64,000 nt of DNA, taken from contig NIVC01001190.1 of assembly GCA_002269645.1 (NCBI GenBank), positions 1-64,000 of the forward strand, read 5' to 3'. Under the pieces are notes generated by a model. It did not search any database. It saw only the letters and a program-made list of their open reading frames with translations, and had not been told where the DNA came from. This stretch comes from Macrostomum lignano (taxonomy: Eukaryota). Both the position numbers and the translations under genes were made by a program. Below are positions 38,750 to 49,106 of the stretch, one piece after another; position 1 is the stretch's first letter, and every line of letters begins with the position of its first letter.

Positions 38750-38774
38750 CACACACACACACACAGACAGACAT

Positions 38775-38809
<35 letters not shown>

Positions 38810-38818
38810 CACACACAC

Positions 38819-38857
<39 letters not shown>

Positions 38858-38864
38858 CACACAC

Positions 38865-38899
<35 letters not shown>

Positions 38900-38925
38900 C
38901 ACACACACAGACAGACAGACAGACA

Positions 38926-39011
<86 letters not shown>

Positions 39012-39032
39012 CACAGACAGACAGACAGACAC

Positions 39033-39071
<39 letters not shown>

Positions 39072-42000
39072 CACAGACAGACACAGCAAGCCACTCACGT
39101 GGTCAGCAGCACATGGAACTGGGTCTCGCCGCTGTAAATAGCCTGTCTGGCAGCCTTGCGCTCCTCCATGCTGCCATGGTAGGTGACGGCCTGCAGCTGC
39201 GGACACCACTTGCGAATCTCGCGCTCCCAGTTGACAAGGGTGCTGGACGGCACAATGACCAGATGAGGCCCGCGGTCGCCCTCCTCGAGCAGCTGGGCTA
39301 GGAAAGCAATTATCTGAATTGTCTTGCCTGAGAATTGGAGCGGAAGGTGAAAGGGAGGCAGGCTGCAATTAGTGCTGACTGAAGTGGCCGAACTCAACTC
39401 TCAGACAGTGACAGCATGATTTCTGAATAGCTAATTGGAAAAGTACCTCTGGCTCACGCTGAGAAGACTCACCCAGTGGCAGGCATTCACTTCCACTCAA
39501 GCCTCATTGCGACACTGATATGCAACTCAAAATTACCCCCTTTGATGCAACTGCAACATTTTTTTCATCATCTATGCTAACTTTTTTGCAAACTACTTTT
39601 TTATACTACTGAATAGTAAGTAGCAAGCAAGAAAAAGAGTCCTTAAAATCTAGATTTGGGTAATTTTAGAATATCGTGGGAAAAGGTCAATAAAATATCA
39701 TGCTTATTAGACTCTTTTCAAGTCTGCTTACGTGATCTTTAGGAGCGGTCTTAAGGGGTGACTCTCAGGATTAATCAGGGGTGACTCTCAGGGTTAATCA
39801 GGGGTGAATCTTAGGGTTAATCAGGGGTGAATCTCAGGGGTTAGTTGCACATGAAGGAACTGCGACTCACCCAGCCCCATCTGGTCGCCCAGTATGGCAG
39901 ACAGGTTCTCCTCATGCAGCAGCCGGAGCCAGTTCAGCCCCACCATCTGGTACGGCTTGAGATGCAGGTCCGGATTTAGTGCGGCCGGCTGCAGCGTGAT
40001 GCCCCCGGTGTCCCCGGCCGAGTCCAAGGTCACCGAGTCCAGCAATGACGCCACGCGAGACTCTAGCTTCTGCGTGATGACCTCGCACTTGTTCATGAGG
40101 TACACCACCATGCGCCTCATGTGCAGCACCTCGCGGGCGCCCTGCACCAGCGAGCTGTTGAACTGTCGGTGGCTCTCCAGCCGGTTTAGCAGATCGTCAA
40201 AATCTTCGAACGGCCGCATCTTGTAGAGAATTTCTGCTTTCTTCTTGGACACAGTGGGAATGTGCATCAGCTCGCTTAGAGCCGCCGTGTTGAAGAAGTC
40301 CAGCACGGCTGCCTTGTCTTCGTCTGACTGCACCGAGTGCTTCTGTTGGGCGGAGGGGGTATTGAGTGCTAGGTATAGGATGGGATCCTAGATACCGAAT
40401 CGGAGTCTTTAGATACGGAATTTGAGATCTTAGATACCGAAGCTGAGGCCTTAGATACCGAAAAGGGGACCCTAGATACTGAATCGGAGGCCTTAGATAC
40501 TAAATCGGAGATCTTAGATAGCAAATCGGAGATGTTAGATAGCAAATCGGAGATTTTAGATACCGAATAACTCCTTAGGTACCGAATCGGAGCCCTTAGA
40601 TACCGAATCGGAGTCCTTAGATACGGAAATTGAGACCTTAGATACCGAAAGTGAGTCCTTAGATACCGAATTGGAGGCCTTAGATACCGAATCGGAGTAT
40701 TTAGATACGGAATTTGAGACCTTAGATACCGAAAGTGAGTCCTTAGAAACCGAATCTGAGGCCTTAGATACCAAATAAGAGTCCTTAGATACCGAAGGGA
40801 GACCTTAGATACCGAATAAGTTCTTAGATACCGAATAAGGAGTCCTTAGATACCAAATAAGAGTCCTTAGATACCGAATCGGAGGCCTTACATAACAAAT
40901 AAGGGGCTTTAGATACCGAAGTCGTTAGTAGATCCCAACCTAATTTAAGATCCCTAAGCAGACAAACTGAAGCCCCCAGCAGGTCAGTGAAACTTCAAAC
41001 TCACATTCTCATAATCGCTATCCTCGCTATCAAAATCCTGCTCTCTATTATAATTTCCATCATCATCGCAGACTCCACTCATGTCAATGTCTTCGTGATC
41101 CGAGGCGGTGGCAGCGGCAGCAGTGGCGGATTTCGCAGGTTTAACAGTTGGCAATGCCTGATGAGCACCGGGCTCTCGCTCTGGAACATCATAAATCATG
41201 TCATTGATTATCATTGGAAGATTAATAATATCAAAAACTAAAATTTAAACAAAAACAAAAAGGTTCGTAAAAAATAATTCAATTAGTCATATTTGCTTAC
41301 GTAAAGAAATTAATCTTACAATATAGTTTATTAACCTATCAGTACAGATAATGAAAAGTTTCATATTTTAATTAATTACAACAATTTATTTTAGCTACAG
41401 AAAGTCAGACACAAAAGTATTCACAAGGGCTCAGTAATACGACTTGAGAAGCAGATCAAGTCTTATGTAAATTTCTTATGTTAATCTTCAAGACTGTCTC
41501 TTTTAAGCTACAGTTTAAATGCTTGAAATTTGGGTCAGCTTCATCGAAGAATTAAAAAAAGACAAACGGCTTCGAAAATGTCTCTAATGTGGAATCATCA
41601 AGAAATAAACACAAAGTGGACTAAACAGTCCTAAACACGAACGGAAGAGTTATATGCAATACTTTTAAACTTGCAAACTCAAGTCTGTCAACTATCGATT
41701 GGATATAAAAGAATGTGCAGGGGAAATTTTCAACAATAAAAACTTGATTCAAATTTAACTTTTGAATATCAAATAAAATTTCACTGGGTCTGTCCGAGTC
41801 ACAATGAATAACTGGGTCACTTTAAATCACTGTACCACTCTGAGTCACTGGATCACTCTGAGCCACTGGGTCACTCTGAGTCACTGGATCAGTCTGAGTC
41901 ACTAGATCACTCTGAGCCACTGGATGACTCTGAGTCACTGGATCACTCTAAACCACTGGGTCACTTTGAGTCACTGGATCAGTCTAAGTCACAAAATCAA

Positions 42001-45000
42001 TCTGAGTCACTGGATGACTCTGAGTCACTGGATGACTCTGAGTCACTGGATCAGTCTGAGTCACAAAATCAATCTGAGTCACTGGATGACTCTGATTCAC
42101 TGGATGACTCTGAGTCACTGGATGACTCTGAGTCACTGGATGACTCTGAGTCACTGGATCAGTCTGAGTCACAAAATCACTCTGAGTCACTGGATCACTC
42201 TGAGCCACTGGGCCAGTCTGAGTCACTGGATCACTCTGAGTCACTGGATCACTCTGAGCCACTGGGCCAGTCTGAGTCACTGGATCACTTTGAGTCACTG
42301 GGTCAGTCTGAGTCACTGGGTCACTCTGAGTCACTGGGTCACTCTGAGTCACTGGGTCACTCTGAGTCACTGGGTCACTCTGAGTCACAGGATCACTTTG
42401 AGTCACTGGATCAATGTTGAGTCACTGGGTCACTCTGAGTCACAGGATCACTTTGAGTCACTGGATCAATGTTGAGTCACTGGGTCACTCTGAGTCACAG
42501 GATCACTTTGAGTCACTGGATAAATGTTGAGTCACTGGGTCACTCTGAGTCACAGGATCACTTTGAGTCACTGGATCAATGTTGAGTCACTGGGTCACTC
42601 TGAGTCACAGGATCACTTTGAGTCACTGGATCAATGTTGAGTCACTGGATAAATGTTGAGTCACTGGGTCACTCTGAGTCTCAGGATCACTTTGAGTCAC
42701 TGGATCAATGTTGAGTCACTGGATAAATGTTGAGTCACTGGGTCACTCTGAGTCTCAGGATCACTTTGAGTCACTGGATCAATGTTGAGTCACTGGGTCA
42801 CTCTGAGTCACAGGATCACTTTGAGTCACTGGATCAATGTTGAGTCACTGGGTCACTCTGAATCACTGGATCACTCTGAGTCATTGGATCACTCTGAGTC
42901 ACTGGGTCTGCCTGTCTGTCGGCTCGCCTGCTGAAGTGAATGGGGTTAAAGTTAAAAAATATATATTTTATTTGACTGTTAATGCGAATATACATATAGT
43001 TATTAAAGTAAAGAGACGACAATTGCTATTATGCTACTTAAAGTAATAAAACGGACAGTAGATAGAAATTATATACATTTCGGGTTAGGAATCAACCAAT
43101 AAACCCAATGAGAGTAGTTAGGTAAGAAAATAAAGTCAGACAGACACAAGCGGTAGAGATCTGGGAGGCCACCCCTTTTTTTAAAAGTGCACATGCATGG
43201 ATCTCTGGGTGTTTTCAAGTTTTCATGCAATCTAGTCTAAAGTCGTTTTAAAAACTTCAGATATTTTTTATTTTTTAACTATTTTTTTACTATAAAAAAG
43301 CAAAAAACGCTATTTTTGCTACTGAAAAGGAGTAGGGTGAAAGCGTTTTTTTACAAGCATTTATTATCAATCAAATTTACTACTCACTTAATCTGCGCTT
43401 CTGCGGCACCGTGTACACTCGCAGGGTGGACGAGCCTGGCGCAGCGGCTGCACCAGCGCCGGTCTGCCGGCCCATCCAGGCTCCCGAGTTGAGCTCGGCT
43501 CTCACGTAATCCTTCCTGGCCTGCTGCACCTTGCCCGCCAACTGCTTGCTTTTAAAGAATCGAGCCGCACTACCACCGCCGCTGGACTCCAGTCTACGGC
43601 CGGACAGAACTCGGATGGCCTCGTCCACATTCTGGTCGCACTCGGACAGGCACTCGGCCAGTTCGGCTTCGGACAGTCCGGGGAACGAGTCCCGCAGAAT
43701 GCGCAAAGCCCCAGCCGGTTCCGAAGCGTCCATGACAACCAGATCTTCCCGGCTGTCGCTGGCTGCCGGCTCCGGGGCGTCAGCGTCCACATCGACATCG
43801 GCAGTAGCCTCCGCATTGGAGCGTCGGGAAATGACCACATTCGACGAATCTTCATCGTCAATGATTGAAGCATCGATGCTGCTGTCCGCGTCCTGAGATG
43901 AACCCGGGCCGGCGCGCCTCAGCTGCAGTGCGCTGGCTGCGGTCTCTCTGCGGTGCGGTTTAAGAATTTGGAGATGGCTGGGGCATGGGCTTTTGGATGA
44001 GGGTTCCGGATGGTTTGGGATGGAAGGGTCTGGATGGGGTTCCGGAGGGGGCTTCTGGATGGGGCTTTTGCCTTCATTTGAAGTTTCCACCGCTCTCTCA
44101 CTCACCGGTGCCTCCGCTCTGTTATCCACCGGTGTCTCGCGCTTTCACTCACCGGTGCCTCCACTACTCACTCACCGATGTCTCCATTCTCTCCTTTCAT
44201 CCGCCGGTGCCTCCACTCTCTCACTCACCGATGTCTCTCACTCCGACACCCACCGGTGTCTCTCACTCCGACACCCACCGGTGTCTCTCACTCCGACACC
44301 AACCAGTGTCTCTCACTCCGACACTCACCGGTGTCTCTCACTCCGACACCCACCGGTGTCTCTAACTCCGACACTCACCGGTGTCTCTCGCGCCGCCACC
44401 CACCGGTGCCTCCGCTCTCTCACCCACCGGTGCCTCCGCTCTCTCACCCACCGATGCCTCCGCTCTCTCATCCACCGGTGCCTCCGCTCTCTCACCCACC
44501 GGTGCCTCCGCTCTCTCACCCACCGGTGCCTCCGCTCTCTCACCCACCGGTGCCTCCGCTCTCTCATCCACCGGTGCCTCCGCTCTCTCATCCACCGGTG
44601 CCTCCGCTCTCTCACCCACCGGTGCCTCCGCTCTCTCACCCACCGGTGCCTCCGCTCTCTCATCCACCGGTGCCTCCGCTCTCTCATCCACCGGTGCCTC
44701 CGCTCTCTCATCCACCGGTGCCTCCGCTCACATCTACCAGAGTCTCCACTCTGTCACCCTCCGCTGAGCTTCCAAGAGCTACTAGAAGCCAGCAAAACAG
44801 CCCACAGACCAGATCGCACTCACCTTCCTCGCCCAATCTTCACACCGTGGCTGAACACCCGAGATCGAACGTTGCTCTTCAGCTTCTGACGCAGCGCTCT
44901 CTCGGCCTCCTTGTCGCCGCTGACCACTCGTTTGTAGCAGGGGTCTTCTTTGGGCGATTGGCTCAGGCGGCTGCGACGGCTGTTGTGCGGCAGCGGCAAA

Positions 45001-46837
45001 GGGGTGGCGGCGGTTGAGGCCGGCTGGCGCTGGGCCTGAGGAGTCTGCGGAGACTGTTGAGACGCTTTCGGTGGAAATTTCTGCTTCTGTTGCTGCTGCT
45101 GTTGATATTTCTGATGCAGCTGCTGCGCCTGTTGTTTCTGCTGCTGCTGCTGCCTAGCGACTAGAAGCAGAGGCGGCACAATGCTTTGATCTTTCTTCTC
45201 CTGCTCTTTAGTCAGCAGCTCCATCGCTGTTCGACAATCGAAATTTGCTTTGCTGAATGCGTCACAAATCAGCCGGCGCTGCATGCTTGGAAACTGCGAC
45301 TGGATGTACTCCACATTGGCCTTGAACTCGTCCACTGAGATCTCCATGAGCTGAATCTTCACGCTGAATAGAATTGCGATAGTATCTTGTTCTTATAATA
45401 CTGTCAGTAGCATTGTTAGTGCATTTTAAATATGAGCAGCATGATATTAAGGTAAATTAGTGTTGGTGTTATCAACTTACTTTCCAGTGACTGTCTGAGG
45501 CGCTGAACTCGAACTGGTGTCTTTGTTTGGTGAGTCTACAAAAAAGTTTTATTAATAATACTTGATAGCTAGTCAATCATGTTTATCTATCAGCTCCAAA
45601 CAGATGCAAATGAGTATGGCTACACATTTAGTAGAAGTCAATATGAATTCATAAGCATTGTTGTTTGCAATTTTATCTTAATAGGCTTTAATAAACTATA
45701 GCTTGTCAAGATATTGAAACACAGGCAGTATTAAAAATTATACAGATTAACATTTTTTATTTATCAATTATAATATTTAGGTTCATAATTCATATATACT
45801 AATGTATATACCTTTATAACAAGCATGCTAGCAGCTTTTAGTATCAAATAAAGACTTTAAAACATAATGCTCAACTACTTATAAATTTAGTTTTGAGTTA
45901 ATTTAAAAGATTAATTATATTATAATTTATCAAAATAAAAATTTATTTTATTGTCTGTTTGGCAAAGCCACTCTTTCATTCCCTTCAAGTTTTGCTTTTC
46001 TTTATATCCTATCTTTTTGCAAGCATTTATATATTCTAAATCACTGTTCCCTTTTTTGTTTCCTTAAAATATGCTTTAGCCTTAAAGCAAATTGACAGGA
46101 ATAAAAGTGTATTAGTATTTGCACTACTTTGATTGTTAAAGGGAAAATCCACTATTCTCCTGACAAATATACATAAACAATTTAACTTCTATACTTTGGA
46201 CCTTATATCTCCTTTCATCTCTTTTATCTTTACAATCTTATATTTTTACTTTACATTTAGATAGAAAAAACATCAATAAAGAATAGTCAAGTTTGAAGTC
46301 AATCACTTTATATAGAACAACAAGCATTAGCAACCTTATAGCAGCCAAAAGTTAGTCAATTTTCAAACCCCTTTTCTAAATCTTGCCAGGTAAAGCCAAA
46401 GGAATTAGACTATAGAGAAAGATGGAACTTAGGGTGCGAGGTGGCTGCCTTGTTGACAAAAAGTAGACTAACTTTATTTAAAAGTTCATAGAACCATTAA
46501 AAATTAAACTAGGTTTTTGTAAAAAGTATATATATATACCCAAAAAACAAAATGTTTAAAACAATTTACCATGCTCAGAAGACTGTGACTGTGAATAAGG
46601 ATTTCCATTAGTAGGATCCTCAGCATCAACAATTATGCCAGATGAAGGTACTTGAGCTGTATCAGGCCCAGGACTACTTGGAATATATGTATTCACAATA
46701 GGTATTTGCATAGAAGATGCAGGATCAAATGCAGGGGTCACTTCTTGCAAAACAACTTGATGGCATTGATTAGGCACTTCTGCAACTTCATTTAGCTGGG
46801 CTAAAAAACTCTCCTGCTGTGGCTTATCATCAGTCAT
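32193..46837 (-). CDS. SMARCAD1: SNF2-family chromatin remodeller SMARCAD1/Fun30/Etl1; exons 46570-46837, 45481-45535, 44824-45363, 43388-43947, 41005-41180, 39871-40342, 39099-39327, 36872-37154, 34823-35603, 32193-32872
   Basis: All nine junctions checked as GT-AG with matching phase. Two CUE-like segments (QSQFPSM...AMELL; RDSFPGL...AIRVL); [12 protein letters not shown]; GDQMGLGKTIQ; DEAHMLKN; [11 protein letters not shown]; SGKLVALD; FSQFVMMLD; RIDGST; [18 protein letters not shown]; [11 protein letters not shown]. Confidence 0.93.
33410..33970. repeat. 27-bp (22-bp variant) minisatellite TACTGAAGCCATAGACTACTTATCCTA in the last SMARCAD1 intron
   Basis: Direct reading. Confidence 0.95.
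34430..34812. repeat. CAGA-based compound microsatellite next to the donor at 34822
   Basis: Direct reading. Confidence 0.95.
35620..36800. repeat. 14-bp minisatellite (ATTCTGATTCTCCC) filling a whole SMARCAD1 intron
   Basis: Direct reading; it accounts for the spurious GESEWENQN ORFs. Confidence 0.97.
37190..37490. repeat. 31-bp minisatellite (TGAAGGTTGTGACACAGGTTTGAAGGCACTC) next to the acceptor at 37155
   Basis: Direct reading, about 9 units. Confidence 0.95.
38200..39085. repeat. (CAGA)n/(CA)n compound microsatellite next to the donor at 39098
   Basis: Direct reading. Confidence 0.97.
39757..39843. repeat. 23-bp repeat (AATCAGGGGTGACTCTCAGGGTT), about 4 copies, next to the donor at 39870
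   Basis: Direct reading. Confidence 0.9.
40385..40920. repeat. ~21-bp degenerate minisatellite (TTAGATACCGAATCGGAGGCC) filling a SMARCAD1 intron
   Basis: Direct reading. Confidence 0.95.
41790..42905. repeat. 18-bp minisatellite (TCACTCTGAGTCACTGGG) rich in TGAGTCA
   Basis: Direct reading. Confidence 0.95.
44090..44730. repeat. 24/25-bp minisatellite (CACCGGTGCCTCCGCTCTCTCACC) filling a SMARCAD1 intron
   Basis: Direct reading; two sub-arrays. Confidence 0.95.
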
Positions 46838-47650
46838 ATTTGTTATGGATAGTTAAGTCTGTCTAGACTCTAGCCTAGGCTATATACACTTCTGTGACTT
46901 CTAGAGCAGCAGATTTCGGAGGCTTTTTATTTAGTCAGGACTAGGCCCTATTATGACAGTGCTGCTAAAAACAAAAAAGTGTGACTAAATTCAAGCCAAA
47001 TAGCAGAACTATAGTCTATACTATAGTCTATAAAACAAATACAGCTAGCACTAGGGCCTATAAACTAATATACATTAAATTAATTGTCAGTAAAAAATGA
47101 GTCTACTCGAGCTACATAAAAACAGCTGTCAGAAGTCAAATAAAGAACATGTAGGTAAGATTTAACAATGTAATTTGCTTGTGAACTGATCAACCAGAGA
47201 TTAAACTGTGTTTCAACAAAATTCTATCCACACTCTAGACATACAGCCACAGTAGTACGGAAAGTGGAAGGCAAGAAAAATGAAAATATTTGGCAAGTTT
47301 ATTTTCCAAGACTTTTACGTGTCTACTATAACAAAAAATAGCTTCAAATTCAAATATACTTTAAAATTGTTTAAAAAATAACCATATATTTTTATATATT
47401 AATAATATTTTTTTGTAAATTAAAACTAAAAAGTTTTTTTATACTCCGATATTTTAACCGTGGTTTTTTAAATTAATAAAACGCGCTGCGCAGCGACCTC
47501 AATTTTTTTTTAATTATCTAGCGTGCGCCTTATACTAGCCTAAGACCATAAGCTGATGCCTTATTTTAAATATAGATCTCTAGAAAATAATGCAGTTTAG
47601 AATCGATCTTTATTTAACTAGGTTAGACAATATTTGCAGTTTTTACTATT

Positions 47651-48198
47651 GGGAGCACGAGAAATGCCCGCAGACGAATTGCCCGCCGAGATTTGCCCGC
47701 AGGAGATTTGCCCGTGGAGATTTGCCCGCCGAGCTTTTCCCGCGGAGATTTGCCCGCAGTGCATTTTGCCCGTGAGCGAATTGCCCGTGGAGATTTGCCC
47801 GCCGAGAATTGCCCGCCGAGATTTGCCCGCAGTGCAATTTGCCCGCGAGCGAGTTGCCCGCCGAGTTTTTTCCCGCCGAGGTTTGCCCGCAATGCTTTTT
47901 TCCTGCAGCGCTTTTAGCGACGCGGCAGATTTTGTCTGCATTGCCTTCCCAATGCTTAGTATTGGTTTTTGCGAGCTATCTCAGCCAAGGAGCAAGCAAA
48001 CTCATCCATCCCATAGATTTCAATACGACGAAGGAGGTGGTTTGAACCATAGACTATCACGTTTTTTCAACCAAACTCATCCAACGGGCGAGGCAACTCG
48101 CTCGCGGGCAAATTGCATTGCGGGCAAATCTCGGCGGGCAATTCTCGGCGGGCAAATCTCCTGCGGGCAATTTGTCTGCGGGCAATTCTCATGGACCC
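47651..48198. mobile_element. Mutator-type foldback MITE with inverted subterminal ~15-bp TTGCCCGC repeat arrays
   Basis: Imperfect long TIR (GGGAGCACGAGAAATGCCCGCAGACGAATTGCCCGC versus the reverse complement of GCGGGCAATTTGTCTGCGGGCAATTCTCATGGACCC); exact 9-bp TSD TTTACTATT at 47642-47650 and 48199-48207. Confidence 0.88.
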
Positions 48199-49106
48199 TT
48201 TACTATTACTTTCTATAATCTAATGTACGATTGCTAGTACGCAATATCCTCGTTTTAATTGATATGCTGCTATTCATTTATCTACTTTTTAAATGCAACG
48301 GCGCCGGTACGTTTTAGGAATATAGGAAAATGAATGCAAGAAACAAAAAAATAGAATTTTTTCTTTCTTTTCTTTTTTGTTTAATCAAATTGCAGTTTTA
48401 ATGATGTTTGCGGTGACACGTTTCCGATTATCAGGGAATTATACAGAAAGATGGTAGAGTTAGTTAATTAATTGGGGGGGGGGGCGGGGGCCGAAGTTGA
48501 CCTCAGCCAGGCGCCCATTGTGAGACACGCTAGACGCCCACTAAGCCAGAGTGATGGAGCAGCTTCCTAAAACCAACTGGCGGTTAGCCATCCTAGTTGG
48601 GAGGCGCGAGTTAGGCCTGTGTTGCAAATAGATAGGCGCAATGAGTCAGTTAAGCGGAAGTGGGCCCGCGCCGGCCCAAACGAGTGTTATTTACAAGACA
48701 TTAAATCAGGGGGGTTAGGCAAATTAAGAAAACGAGAGGGGTAAGTACGCTGGGGATACGCGACTGAGGAAAAAGGCAAGCTTGGGCCAATCAGAAGGCA
48801 GCGAGAGAGAAAGATAAGAAAACAAGAGTCAAGACTGGACTAGACAGAGGGAGAAAACAGCTGAGTAAACAGAGACAAAGGGCAAACGGTCGAACAGAAG
48901 AAATTACTTGCAGCTGCGACACATGTACATTGAGGGGTGCTGGGGTGGCCTCACTTTGCGGTTTAGCGCGGTTTAGCGAGTGGCCGAATTCGGCGCCCAC
49001 CCCAGCCTGGGAACATCCAAGCTTAAAAGGAATTAAACTATTTAAAAAATGCTGCTGATTTCCAAGTTCCTCAAATATTGCAATAAACATTCAAATCTCC
49101 GTTGCG

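Noticed and set aside
34410-39397. Long ORFs with [17 protein letters not shown] and PSNLCHNLQ repeats
   Set aside because: They are translations of intronic micro- and minisatellites, open in several frames and on both strands; only the helicase-motif parts are real exons.
39871-39890. SNF2 motif I reads GDQMGLGKT instead of ADEMGLGKT
   Set aside because: The catalytic GKT lysine and all other motifs are intact, and this position varies among Fun30-family members; not evidence of inactivation.
41924-45017. Repeat ORFs ([26 protein letters not shown])
   Set aside because: They lie within SMARCAD1 introns defined by GT-AG sites and are artefacts of stop-free monomers.
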